53,047 nt of DNA from Armatimonadota bacterium (GTDB lineage Bacteria; Armatimonadota; Zipacnadia; Zipacnadales; UBA5352), in NCBI GenBank assembly GCA_034722055.1, contig JAYENL010000324.1, forward strand, positions 1 through 53,047. The letters run 5' to 3'. The translations under genes were made by a program, and so were the position numbers. Of the stretch, positions 38,657 through 48,778 are shown in pieces. Position 1 is the first letter of the stretch. Each line of letters opens with the position of its first letter. The notes under the pieces were generated by a model. That model was not told where the DNA came from. It did not search any database and was given only the letters and a program-made list of their open reading frames with translations.

Positions 38657-39553
38657 TCACTGCACGGGCTGCGCTATGAGGTCCAGGGCTTGCGCCGCCG
38701 TGACCCACTTGACGTGCCCGTCCACGAACACGCAGTTCACACCGCCATTGTGCACGCCCTCGGCGGGCACCGCCTCCATCCCGCCCACGGGACTTTCACC
38801 GCCGATGTTGCTCTCGAACAGCCACACCGTCCTCGACGGATCCGCGACCTCATCCAGCCGCATTCCGATGAGCTGCTCGTTCATGGCATAGCCCACCGGC
38901 AGCTCCGGCCGCGAGGGGCAGGTGTAGATCTGGCGGTTCTTGGCATACGCGACCGTCGCCTCGACCCAGTCCTCCCCTGGAATAGCCCCGTCGTGAGCGT
39001 CCCCGTGCATGTGCAGCGCCAGGCCGAGCTGCTTGAGGTTGCTCATGCACGCGGCCTGCTGCGCCTTCCCCCGGGCTTGGCCGATCATCGGCCCCAGGAG
39101 GGACATGATGGCGCTGTCCTCGAGAGCCTGCCCCTGCTGGTACTTCAGCGTCGCCTCAACCTCGACGCCCTCCAGGTCGATGATGTACAGGGTGCCCTTC
39201 TCGATGACCAGCAGCGACTCTCCGCGGTCGATGACCACCGGCTGTGAGGACGCGGACTGCTTCATGGCGTTGAGCAGCATCATCATGCCCATGGTGTCAT
39301 CGCCGCCCTCCTCGGCCATCATGATCATGAGCATAATCTCCGCGGGGCTCATGCCCGACTCCGACAGCGCCGCCACGAAGACGGCGGCCTGCTGCGGCAG
39401 GCCCATGTCCACGAACCGCTGGATGCGCTCCTGAAGCTGCTGCTCTGCGGCGACGCGCTCGATGTCCTGCTGGGCCTCCACCTCCGGCTGAGCGAGCGCA
39501 TATGGCGCGATGAGCGCCAGCACAACGATCGCGGCGACTGCGCGGCTCATCAT
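38657..39553 (-). CDS. Secreted protein with Met-rich N-domain and DUF1559/H-X9-DG C-terminal module (paralogue 2)
   Basis: Signal peptide; QARGKAQQAACMSNLKQLGLA, CPS, GYAMN, HNGGVNCVFVDGHVKW. Confidence 0.8.
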   Translation of the reverse strand: MMSRAVAAIVVLALIAPYALAQPEVEAQQDIERVAAEQQLQERIQRFVDMGLPQQAAVFVAALSESGMSPAEIMLMIMMAEEGGDDTMGMMMLLNAMKQSASSQPVVIDRGESLLVIEKGTLYIIDLEGVEVEATLKYQQGQALEDSAIMSLLGPMIGQARGKAQQAACMSNLKQLGLALHMHGDAHDGAIPGEDWVEATVAYAKNRQIYTCPSRPELPVGYAMNEQLIGMRLDEVADPSRTVWLFESNIGGESPVGGMEAVPAEGVHNGGVNCVFVDGHVKWVTAAQALDLIAQPVQ

Positions 39554-40968
39554 GGCACCTCCGATGTTCCAGTATTGTCACCTGAGATGTAGCTTTGGCC
39601 CACCGTTCTCGTCTGTACGCGGGTAAGGAATCTCAGCGTTCGCGGCGGCACTATGGGCTGCCGGCCGCGCTCGCCGGTGCGGCGGTCGGCCCACTGATCG
39701 GCGAGTGACGCCCGTGCTGGCGCGTCACCGACGTTCGCCAGCACCAGGTACGCCTGCTCGTTCACGAACAGGCTGGCGATGACATCATCAGGCAGCGGCT
39801 CGCCCAGCAGCGCGCCCTCCCGCACCTCCAGCCACGCCTGGCTGCCGGCCGAGACCATCGGCCGATAGAGCGCCAGGTGGTCCAGCCAGACCTCCCGGCC
39901 CTCCGGCCGCCCCGGGACGCTGTCCCACCACCCGTAGCTGTAGGGCCCGTGCGGGTTGCTCTGCAGGTGCTGCCACATGGCCCGGGCGTGGTGGGTCCAG
40001 AAGTCGTCGTGGTACTCGATTCCCTCCACAAGCGCGCGCTCGCCGGTCATGGGCCGCCCGTCGATGCGCAGCGGGAACTGCGCGTAGGGGAGGAAGTGCA
40101 GGTAGAGCTCGTCCTCGCTCTCCACCTGCGCGCGCGAGAGGTCCGGGCAGGGCACGACCCACGGCTGCAGGTCGCGAGCCGTCTCCCGCAGGCCGTCGAG
40201 GTCGCGCACGCTCTCGCCCACCCACAGATAGTCCCAGTATCTCTTGCCCGGCTCGATGTCCCCGGTGCGCATGTGCACCTTGTAGACGCCGCCGCGCTGA
40301 TGGCACAGCTCCCGGAGCATCCCGCTGAGGTCCTCGAAGGCCGCGTGTTTGCCCGGCCCAGGGGACAGCTCGCCGGCGTCGCAGACCGGCTCCCCGTCGT
40401 CCACCGGCGGGTAGCCGGTGTCGTTGTAGAGGCCGTCGAAACCGTACTCGTCGAGCATCCGCTCGGCGCGAGGCAGCAGATACGCCCGCCAGCCGGGGTG
40501 CCACGGCTTGCATCGCGCGTAGGAGAAGTAGAGCTCGCGGAGGCGGTAGTCGCCGGCCCAGTCCTGGCGGAAGTCCGGATCGGAGTCCTCGAAGTAGCCG
40601 GAGGAGATGTAGGCGATGATCTGCATCCCCAGCGAATGCACCAGGTCCACGAACTGGCGCATGCCCTCGGCGTCATAGCTGGAGAACTTGTCGCCGCCCA
40701 GCAGCCGCTGGGAGTCGTTCCAGTCCTCATGCACCTGGATGAGCTCCACGCCGGCGTCGGCGAACCGCCGCAGCAGCTCCGCGTCGTACTCCGTGGGCCG
40801 GATGCTGGAGTCGGGCGCGGGGTACTCACTGAGGTTGTAGACGACCTGCCCGGGCATGTAGTCCTCGACCACGAGGTGCCGGCGGCAGTCCGCCACGGCC
40901 TGGTGCGCCCAGTGCAGGCTGTGCAGTCGCGCGCGGTGCTGCTCGGGCGTCAGCTCTGTCGGATCCAT
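39550..40968 (-). CDS. Glycoside-hydrolase-like TIM-barrel protein
   Basis: FVDLVHSLGM.IIAY.S, YGFDGLYNDTG; no signal peptide. Confidence 0.6.
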   Translation of the reverse strand: MDPTELTPEQHRARLHSLHWAHQAVADCRRHLVVEDYMPGQVVYNLSEYPAPDSSIRPTEYDAELLRRFADAGVELIQVHEDWNDSQRLLGGDKFSSYDAEGMRQFVDLVHSLGMQIIAYISSGYFEDSDPDFRQDWAGDYRLRELYFSYARCKPWHPGWRAYLLPRAERMLDEYGFDGLYNDTGYPPVDDGEPVCDAGELSPGPGKHAAFEDLSGMLRELCHQRGGVYKVHMRTGDIEPGKRYWDYLWVGESVRDLDGLRETARDLQPWVVPCPDLSRAQVESEDELYLHFLPYAQFPLRIDGRPMTGERALVEGIEYHDDFWTHHARAMWQHLQSNPHGPYSYGWWDSVPGRPEGREVWLDHLALYRPMVSAGSQAWLEVREGALLGEPLPDDVIASLFVNEQAYLVLANVGDAPARASLADQWADRRTGERGRQPIVPPRTLRFLTRVQTRTVGQSYISGDNTGTSEVP

Positions 40969-40994
40969 TTGTCTCGTGCCTCCGCGGCGCTCCG

Positions 40995-43084
40995 CTATCG
41001 CTGCCGGCTGAGCACCGCCCAGCAGGGGATGGTCACGGTGTCGCCGGGGCCGTAATCATACAGGATCATGCGGGTGAGGCCGTCGCCATCGCGGTCGGTG
41101 AACTGCTCCCGCAGGGTCGCGGCGGCGACCTCCCCGTGGTGCTCGGCGTCCAGGATGCAGGTCCGCCGGCCGTCCAGATGGGTGAAGCGGTAGGCCGCGG
41201 AGCCGTCCTCGTTCGCGACCGTCTTTCCGCCATAGTAGCCGAAGTGGTCGAGGGAGAAGCTCACGCCGCTGGTGACCTGGCCGTCGGCGATCTCCTCGAC
41301 GGGGCCCTCGCCGACGCGCGCGTCGTAGTCCAGCGTCAGCTCCACGCCGCCGTCGATGGGGTCGGCGGCCACGATCATGTGCGAGGCGTGGTTGCCGGCC
41401 CGGTTGGTGATGCGCACGTGCCGGCCGACCAGCGCAGAGGCATCGGACTCGCTCAGGCCGACGAAGCCAATCTGTGCGGTGGCCTGCTGCCCTGCCGGCG
41501 CCGCCACCTCGGCCCGCTGCTCGCCCCCGGCCTCCAACCGGACCTGCACGGTGCGTGCCGGCCAGTCGCAGGACTCGATGGTGCCGGTGTACTCCGCGTG
41601 GCGCAGGGACAGCCCGGAGCTGGCCCGCCGCAGCAGCGTCCCGCGCACCAGCACCGCGCTCTGCAGGACCCCGGCGGCCTCCCGCCAGAGCGCGAACTCC
41701 GCGTCGGTGGTGATGCCGCCGGCCGCCACCTCCGCGCCGCCCTCGGGCTGGATGATGATGACGTCGGTGAGGCCGTCAGCCTGCACGCGCAGCGCCAGCG
41801 GCGGGAACTCGCCCTCGGCGCCGCCCTCCACCTCCAGCAGCTCCACGTCCTGCACGCGGCGCTGCCCCTCCCAGGGCTCCAGCACCTGCAGGAACTGGCT
41901 GGCGAAGGGCTGCTCGCCGGACCGCTGGATGATGCACCAGGTGGCCTCGTAGGGCGACTTGCCGCCCGGCGCGCTGCAGACGGACGTGGACAGCCGCCCC
42001 TCCCGCGGCGTGAGGGTGGTGACCGTCAAGTGCACGTTATCCTGCCCGGCGAGCGCATGGTCGATCTGCCAGGGGCCCGAGAGATCGCCCACCTTCGGGT
42101 CGGGCATGAAGTTGAGGCAGCGCAGCTCACCATCGCCCGAGGGGCTGTGCTGCATGTCCCTGTAGGGCACGTCCGGCCCGGCGACCGTCCCGCCGCCCTG
42201 GGGCGCCAGCTCCACGCCCTCGACGTATGCCGGGCCGGAGGGCCCGTGGAATGACCAGGTGTGCTCCGCGCCGCCTCGGACGCGCTCCACGGTCACGGCG
42301 TAGCAGTCGCGCTCGTCGATGTCCACCAGCGCGATGGCGCGCTGGCGCCGCGGCCGCGGCTCCTCCCCGGAGGCCACCTCGCTGGCGGCGGAGGCGTACT
42401 GCGCCGGGCGGCTGGCTGCGAAGGTGCTGACGCCGCTGATGGGGAAGCTGGAGGTGCTCACCCCGGTGATGTGCGTGCCGTAGTGCGTCCCCCAGTTCTT
42501 CTCCCACACGCCCGCGTAAGTCCAGCCCACCGGGTAGCCCAGCTCCGGCAGCATCTTGCGCCTGAGCGCCTCCAGGCCCATGGTGAGCATGTCCCAGTGG
42601 CGATGCTGGATGGCGACGCCGTAGCGGAGCCACAGGGCTCGCGCATGGCCTCGATCTCGTCCTCGGTGTGCATCGTGCGGCCCGGCTTCGTCTCAGCGAG
42701 GTCCTCGCCCATCGGCCACAGCCTGGGGAGCTGGACGTCCTTGTACTCGCGCGGCTCGTGGATGTCGCTCCAGGGGATCACGGGGACGGTGATGGTCAGC
42801 TCCCCGCCGCGGCCGGAGAAGCGGATGGGCGCCTCGCCCGGCTCCAGCGCGCGGAAGTAGAAGCGCTGGCGCTCGTCCTGATCCCAGCGGTCGAACATCT
42901 CCACGCTCTCGGGGTGCGCCACGGCCAGCTCCCCCGAGCCCGCCGGCTGCCGGAGAGCGATGCGGAAGACCTGTCCGGGGAACACCCACATGGGCTCATC
43001 GAGGACCTCCAAGTCGGCCCACACTCCTGTCGCAGATGCAAGGATCGACGCGGCAATGATTGTGATTGCGATGCGTGTACTCAT
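40995..43084 (-). pseudogene. Heparinase II/III-like secreted protein, frameshifted and apparently internally deleted
   Basis: 5' part (signal peptide..KPGRTMHTEDEIEAMR) switches frame at about 42641 into RALWLRYG..HRHWDML..LPELGYP..ERVRGG.EHTWSFHG. Confidence 0.65.
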
Positions 43085-43274
43085 GATGATGCCTCCAGGG
43101 ACTGAAGGGATCAACTCTCAACGGTCAACCGTCGGTCATCGGTGGCCGCAAACTGACAGCAGCGGCCATTCGGTTGCCAGCCACGGGTATCAGCCAATGG
43201 AAGGGGCAAGTGCGGCCGTGTTCCGCGAGTTCGGCAAGCAAGCCACTCCCAGGCCCGGAGTGAAGGCAATCTCT

Positions 43275-43892
43275 CCGTGGCACGGGCACTCCTGCCCGTG
43301 CGCTGTTTCGGCGCTTGGGTCACTCTTCTCGTCCCCACCACCAGGGCCACTCGTCAGGATGTTCGACAAGCCCCGCCGCCACGGGATTGCAGCGGATGTA
43401 GTGCCACGTCTCCACATATTCGTCGGGACACCTGATGATCCGTGTATAGGACTCAGGAAGCCAGAATGGCCCTCCGACGCCCGAGAGAGAGTTGATACGA
43501 CGCGCACTGACGCCCTTGAGCATTCTCAGGATCTCCGGAAGCGGAATCGACCCTCGGTCACGAGGCAACGGGTGGAGCATCAGATGGACATGATCAGGCA
43601 TCAGCACGTAACAGTGAAGCACGTAGCGCCTGCCATCGTCGTGACGGAGTGCGTCACAGACGACCTTCCCGTATTCCGGCTGGACAAGTCGCTCTCGGCG
43701 GCCCTTGAGGACTGTTGCGCGCACGTGGTAGGTCACGTCCGGCGATTCCCAGATAGGCAGCGTGCGCTTGCGCTTCTGGAATTGCCGAATCACCCGCTGT
43801 GGCGTGCCGCCGCCCGACTCGTCTTCAGTCATGTGGTCTCCCTCACGAGACGTTCTGCCAACGGCCCACGGGCAGGAGTGCCCGTGGCACGG
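43275..43892. mobile_element. RAYT locus: Y1 transposase bounded by inverted REP sequences
   Basis: CCGTGGCACGGGCACTCCTGCCCGTG at 43275-43300 and its inverted copy (one mismatch) at 43867-43892 flank the transposase. Confidence 0.85.
43320..43832 (-). CDS. REP-associated tyrosine transposase (IS200/IS605 TnpA, HUH Y1)
   Basis: YVLMPDHVHL (HUH), LKG.SARRIN, FW..SY..IIR, YI..NPVAAGLV..P.EWPW. Confidence 0.92.
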   Translation of the reverse strand: MTEDESGGGTPQRVIRQFQKRKRTLPIWESPDVTYHVRATVLKGRRERLVQPEYGKVVCDALRHDDGRRYVLHCYVLMPDHVHLMLHPLPRDRGSIPLPEILRMLKGVSARRINSLSGVGGPFWLPESYTRIIRCPDEYVETWHYIRCNPVAAGLVEHPDEWPWWWGREE

Positions 43893-43912
43893 AACGACTA
43901 CGGACGAGGCCC

Positions 43913-45010
43913 TCATCCCCCGCAGCAGCGCGCCAGGATCTCGTCGGCTGACATGCCCTCCAGGCCCAGCTCCGCCAGCCCCCGCGCCGCCTCCGTGCGG
44001 TAATCGCACCCGAGCAGTACGGAGCTGATCTGCACCATGGACTGCATGACGGGCATGGGCACGCCGAAGACCTCCGCCAGCTCCAGCCACGTCATCATGG
44101 CGTAGGCCACGTCCTCCGTGATGTAGCGATGCTCCAGGCTCTCGGGCCCGCCCAGGTCCTGGAAGCCCGGCCCGTCGCGGTAGGCGATGAGGTAGTCCGC
44201 GACCCTGGAGTAGCCCTGGTGCACGGACATCTCCGGCTCCGGGATCAGCTCCAGCCCCATGGCCTCGCCCAGCGCGAGGCGCTCCTCATCGGCGGCCTCG
44301 ATGAGGCGTGCCACCGCGGGCGTGACCCCCTCGTGGTAGAACTCCCAGCCGCCCTCCACGCGCTCGATCCAGGCGGCGTTGAGGAGCGTCACCGCCGGAT
44401 GGATGACGGGATTGCCGTTGCTGAGGCTGGTCTCGAGGACGTTCTCCGCGGCTTGGAGGCCCGGGAAGATGGGCCGGAGGCGGCGGACGATGCGGGGCGC
44501 CTCAGCCGGCGGCAGGGCGGCGAGCTTCACGAGCTTGACGTAGTGGCGGATGGTGACCCCACGCTGCCCGTAACCGCGGGCGGCGAAGGGGAGAGTGGCG
44601 GTCTCCGCGACCACCGGCGCGAGGCCCCGCTCGGCGTCGATGACGGAGGCCACCTCCAGCGCGCCCCCGGTGCTGCCCGGCATCACCACTACTGTCTGAT
44701 CGTAGGTCAGCACCTGCGCCAGCTCCTCGGCGATGGGGCGATGGCCGGCCGCCTGGCTGACGATCAGCACCAGCGAGGCCCCGGCGCACGCCTCCTGGAT
44801 GTCGCCGGTGACAAGCCGCAGGTCCGCCCGCCCCTCGATCTGCCCGTCAACCTCAAGGTGGTGGTCGCCCAGCAGGTCGGCGACCTCCTCGAGGAAGTCC
44901 GGCAGGTCCCAGAGGCGGACGTCCCAGCCGGCGAGGGCCAGCTCCGCGGCTGCGGCGCGCGCGCCCGCACCTCCACCCAGGATCGCGACGGCATCGTCCG
45001 CGGGCGACAT
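43913..45010 (-). CDS. NAD/NADP octopine/nopaline (opine) dehydrogenase family protein
   Basis: AILGGGAG Rossmann motif, PGSTGGALE, ETATLPF, N.NPVIHP, FY.EG.TP, HRYITEDV. Confidence 0.9.
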   Translation of the reverse strand: MSPADDAVAILGGGAGARAAAAELALAGWDVRLWDLPDFLEEVADLLGDHHLEVDGQIEGRADLRLVTGDIQEACAGASLVLIVSQAAGHRPIAEELAQVLTYDQTVVVMPGSTGGALEVASVIDAERGLAPVVAETATLPFAARGYGQRGVTIRHYVKLVKLAALPPAEAPRIVRRLRPIFPGLQAAENVLETSLSNGNPVIHPAVTLLNAAWIERVEGGWEFYHEGVTPAVARLIEAADEERLALGEAMGLELIPEPEMSVHQGYSRVADYLIAYRDGPGFQDLGGPESLEHRYITEDVAYAMMTWLELAEVFGVPMPVMQSMVQISSVLLGCDYRTEAARGLAELGLEGMSADEILARCCGG

Positions 45011-45061
45011 GGCATCACCTCAACGACGACATGGCAGCGCGCCGTTCGGAGGGACGCATCT

Positions 45062-45913
45062 TCAGATGCGTCCGTCGTTGTCCACCGGCGGGTAGCGGCG
45101 CTTGAGCTCGTCGGCGGCCGCCTTCGTCGCCGCCCAGTCGCCCGTCTCCCCCGACACCACCTTCAGCACCAGCGTGAAGTCCAGCTCCTCGCCCTCGGAG
45201 AGCGACAGGCCGCTGTTGTGCTTCACGTAGAACTTGTGGTAGTGCGGCTGGTCCCACAGGAGGATGGCGCTATCGGCGGGCTCGGGGACGCGCGTCAGGT
45301 AGAGCAGCACGCTGAGCTGCTGCTCGGGGAACCACTCCGCCGCCCACCGGGCGTCGCGGGCCAGCTCCATGTCCTTGTCGGCCTCGAAGGTGCCCTCCAC
45401 GATCTCGCCGTCCGGCGTCTCCGCCAGCCATCGCGGGGTCGCCGGCTCGATGCAGTGCATGAAGAGGTACATGAGCTGCAGCTCGTGGTCCTCGGTGGCG
45501 CGAAGCTGGGCGCGCTCCACGATCTCGTCGCCCAGCAGCGTGATGGTGTGCGTGGCGTCGAACCTGTGGATGGTGGAGCGCTTGGTGAGGGTCAGCTCCT
45601 CGGCCTCGACGGTGCCGCCGACCTGCACCGGGCGGGGCTCGCCGTCGGCGATCAGCTCCAACTCGCGCACGATCTCGCGGCCGCCCTCACTGTGCCCCGT
45701 GCCGATCCACTCGCCGCCGGCGGGGATCAGGACCGTCCCGTAGTGGCCGGTGGGCCCTGCGACCTTGAAGCCGTCGTACCAGATTTCGTCGATCGTCCAG
45801 GCGCTGGGCGCCTCGAAGACGACCCGCAGGTGCTCGGTCTGCCCGGTCATCTTCCCCTGCTCCGGCACGCCCCCTCCGGTGCCGAGCGTGGCGACAAACA
45901 GCCATGGCAGCAT
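45062..45913 (-). CDS. Hypothetical, probably exported beta-rich protein
   Basis: RBS GAGGAGG, host-like codon usage, WIGTGHSEGG motif; no family recognised. Confidence 0.65.
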   Translation of the reverse strand: MLPWLFVATLGTGGGVPEQGKMTGQTEHLRVVFEAPSAWTIDEIWYDGFKVAGPTGHYGTVLIPAGGEWIGTGHSEGGREIVRELELIADGEPRPVQVGGTVEAEELTLTKRSTIHRFDATHTITLLGDEIVERAQLRATEDHELQLMYLFMHCIEPATPRWLAETPDGEIVEGTFEADKDMELARDARWAAEWFPEQQLSVLLYLTRVPEPADSAILLWDQPHYHKFYVKHNSGLSLSEGEELDFTLVLKVVSGETGDWAATKAAADELKRRYPPVDNDGRI

Positions 45914-46045
45914 TGCGAGCGCCTCCTCACCCGGTCATAGTCATCGGACAGGTTCGTCCCCGGGCGCCCTGTGCCCTTCGCAGAGGGCACGGCCGCCGAT
46001 GCGCCGAAGGGGCTGCCAGAGATCACCGCACGAGGGGGCAGTGCC

Positions 46046-47527
46046 GTGGCGGATCGCGAACTCGCGCTCTTCGACCTGCATCGTGGCGACGCCCTGCCCG
46101 TGTCGCTGGCCGAGGAGCTGGCCGGCGAGGGCCTGGTGCGGATCGTCAGCGATGACGAGCACGAGGTCATGGTGCGGCACGCGTCGCTGCGGGAGCGAAT
46201 CGACGAGCTCGAGAACGAGCGTCACGAGCTCCGCACGCAGTTCACCTGGCCGTGGCGACTGATGTGGCGGCGCAGGCGCATCGAGGAGATGGGCGCCCGG
46301 CTGTCGGAGCTGCACGCCGAGGCGCGCGAGCTGCGCAGTAGGCTGCACGAGCGCGGGCTGGCGCGCCAGCGGCCGCGGGCGTATGCGGAGCTGAGCGATG
46401 GCCGGCATGCGGCGCTGACGGTGGAGGGCACCAACCGGGCCTACGCGTGGGCCCACTCCAGGCGCTTCGATCCGCTGATCGATCCCAGTCAGGTCCGGTG
46501 TGTGGCCGAGTGGTGCATGCAGGCGTACGGGCGTCTGCTGGGACACTGGCGCGTCGCATATCCGGCGCCGATACTGGCAACCACCGCGGGAATGCTCTGC
46601 GACGCGCCTCAGTCCGAGCGCGAGACGGCGCTGGAGAAGTGCGTGGCCGTCTTCGACTACTGGCGCCGACGGCTGAAGACCTGCCCGGCCGACCGGGTAC
46701 TGGTAGCGGCCCCGGTAGCGCTGGCCGCACGGCCGGATGAGGAGCCGGCGGCGGCCGCGAGGCGCGTGGAGCAGTGCCAGGAGCGGCTGAGGAGGCTGCG
46801 CTTCCCACGCGAGCGCGAGACGCTGTGGGCCGCCGCCACGCTGACGCTTGACGGCTTCCGCCAGGACCGCCTGCGGCGCGTCTTCGAGGTCTGGAAGCGG
46901 CTGGTCACGACCGGCTGGTCGATGGGCTCATCAACCTACCCCTACGCGGCTCGGCTCACGCTGGCGCCGGGCAGCCCGACTCAGGTCGGCAGTCGCGTGG
47001 AGCGTATCCACCGGGAGCTCTCCGAGCGTATCTTCGGCACGGGGCGAGCGGGTGCGGCCGCGGCCAGCATCCTGGGGCAATCCGACTTCTTTCCGACTGA
47101 GCGACGCTCATCGGCACGGCTGATGGACGCGCGGTCGGTCTTCGCCGACGTAGTGGATCGCATGATGTCGCTGGTGGCGCGCCTGCCCCAGCCGCCTGAG
47201 GGTGAGACCTATGCCGATTGCAGGCTGCCGGCCGCGGCGATTCTGGCGAAGATGCCCGGCTCCATCGAGCGCGTGTGGTCGGCCTTCGAGCGCACGCTGG
47301 GGGCGTTGCGCCAGGCGGCAGGCGACCAGGCTCCGGGCGCTGGCAGGACCGGCGTCGATCCGCTGACCGGAGCCGCGCTGCTGCTGTGCGACAGGGCATG
47401 GGGCGGCCGCGCCAGCAACCGTCTGTTCGTCTTCGAGGCATGTGCCGCGTGCTGCAACGAGAGCTGGGACGATCTGACCATGTTCCGCCTCTCGGCGCCC
47501 GGCGGGCCGGTGTGGACGAAGGCGTAG
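46046..47527 (+). CDS. Hypothetical protein with coiled coil and helical repeats (weakly DUF4003-like)
   Basis: Long ORF, coiled-coil N-region, repeated Y..AA.L helices; GTG start inferred from GAGGGG RBS. Confidence 0.55.
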   Translation: MADRELALFDLHRGDALPVSLAEELAGEGLVRIVSDDEHEVMVRHASLRERIDELENERHELRTQFTWPWRLMWRRRRIEEMGARLSELHAEARELRSRLHERGLARQRPRAYAELSDGRHAALTVEGTNRAYAWAHSRRFDPLIDPSQVRCVAEWCMQAYGRLLGHWRVAYPAPILATTAGMLCDAPQSERETALEKCVAVFDYWRRRLKTCPADRVLVAAPVALAARPDEEPAAAARRVEQCQERLRRLRFPRERETLWAAATLTLDGFRQDRLRRVFEVWKRLVTTGWSMGSSTYPYAARLTLAPGSPTQVGSRVERIHRELSERIFGTGRAGAAAASILGQSDFFPTERRSSARLMDARSVFADVVDRMMSLVARLPQPPEGETYADCRLPAAAILAKMPGSIERVWSAFERTLGALRQAAGDQAPGAGRTGVDPLTGAALLLCDRAWGGRASNRLFVFEACAACCNESWDDLTMFRLSAPGGPVWTKA

Positions 47528-47703
47528 CGCTGAGCGGCTGAGGACGGTGTGCGACATCGCGTGAGGGTAAGGCGAGGCAAGGGAGGTCGCCCCGCCACGG
47601 CGAAGCTGCCGCACCAGCCCGGAGAGGCGTAGCATGGAGGGCTGGCTCGGGGGGGCCCGTGGAGCAGTACCGGCGAATCAGCCCAAGTTCTGGAGGCATG
47701 ACG

Positions 47704-48759
47704 ATGGAGAAGGTCCGCGTCGCGATCATCGGCTGCGGAGGCATCAGCCGGGCGCATATTAACGGGCATCTCGCCGAGCCGCGCTCGGAGATCGTCTACT
47801 GCGTGGACATCGACGAGGAGCGCGCGCAGGAGACGGCCGAGAAGATCGGCTGCGGCTGGCACACCGACATGGAGGCGGTTCTCGACGAGGTCGATGCGGT
47901 GGACATCTGCACGCCCGTGCACCTGCACGCTCCGCAGACGATCACGGCCGCGAGGGCCGGCAAGCACGTGCTGTGCGAGAAGATCATGGCGCGCACGCTC
48001 GACGAGGCCGAGGCCATGATCGAGGCCACCGACGACGCGGGCGTGATCTTCATGGTGGCCTTCGTGCTGCGCTACCGGCCGGAGTTCCAGAGGCTGCACG
48101 AGATGTGCGTCTCCGGCGAGCTGGGGCTGATCCACCAGGCCTTCTGCTCCACCACCATGTTCATGGCGCCAGAAGGCGTCAAGGACTGGCGTAAGACGGT
48201 CGAGCAGTTCCCCATGGGCGCCCTGATGAGCCACGGCTGCCACTACGTCGATCAGCTCCAGTGGGACGTGGGCCCGATCACCGACACCATCGCCATCGGC
48301 AACCGCTTCACGCTCGGGGACATCATCCCCGGCGGCGATGACACGGAGTGCATGGTCAACCGCCACGAGAACGGGGCCGTCAGCGCCTACGTGGAGAGCT
48401 GGGCCACACCACATCGGATGCAGGGGATCCGCCTGGAGGTCTACGGCAAGCAGGCCTCGGCGCGGCTGATCTACCGCACCGATGGCAGGCGGCAGCTCTG
48501 GAGGAGCGACGAGAATGGCATGAACCTGGTGTGGGAGTTCGATCCCGCCCGCGAGGATCACATGGACCTGTTCGGCGGGGCCAAGGACATGCAGGGGCAG
48601 ATCGCCCACTTCATCGAGTGCATCCTGGACGGCAGGCAGCCCCTCACCCACGGCCGCGAGGGCATCAAGCCCATGCAGGTAATCGCCGCCGCCACCGAGG
48701 GCGGCGAGCAGGGCGTGCTGATGAACGTGGAGGAGTTCCTGGCGAATCGCGCCGGGTAG
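47704..48759 (+). CDS. Gfo/Idh/MocA family oxidoreductase
   Basis: IIGCGGIS, VDICTP..LH, AGKHVLCEK, GCHYVD. Confidence 0.92.
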   Translation: MEKVRVAIIGCGGISRAHINGHLAEPRSEIVYCVDIDEERAQETAEKIGCGWHTDMEAVLDEVDAVDICTPVHLHAPQTITAARAGKHVLCEKIMARTLDEAEAMIEATDDAGVIFMVAFVLRYRPEFQRLHEMCVSGELGLIHQAFCSTTMFMAPEGVKDWRKTVEQFPMGALMSHGCHYVDQLQWDVGPITDTIAIGNRFTLGDIIPGGDDTECMVNRHENGAVSAYVESWATPHRMQGIRLEVYGKQASARLIYRTDGRRQLWRSDENGMNLVWEFDPAREDHMDLFGGAKDMQGQIAHFIECILDGRQPLTHGREGIKPMQVIAAATEGGEQGVLMNVEEFLANRAG

Positions 48760-48778
48760 CCGTCCGCCGTCATGGCGC

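Noticed and set aside
42630..42650. Programmed -1 frameshift
   Set aside because: No X XXY YYZ slippery heptamer, and the joined product would still lack the central domain
42960..44003. 347-aa plus-strand ORF over the transposase
   Set aside because: Antisense to the RAYT and spans REPs; no recognisable motif
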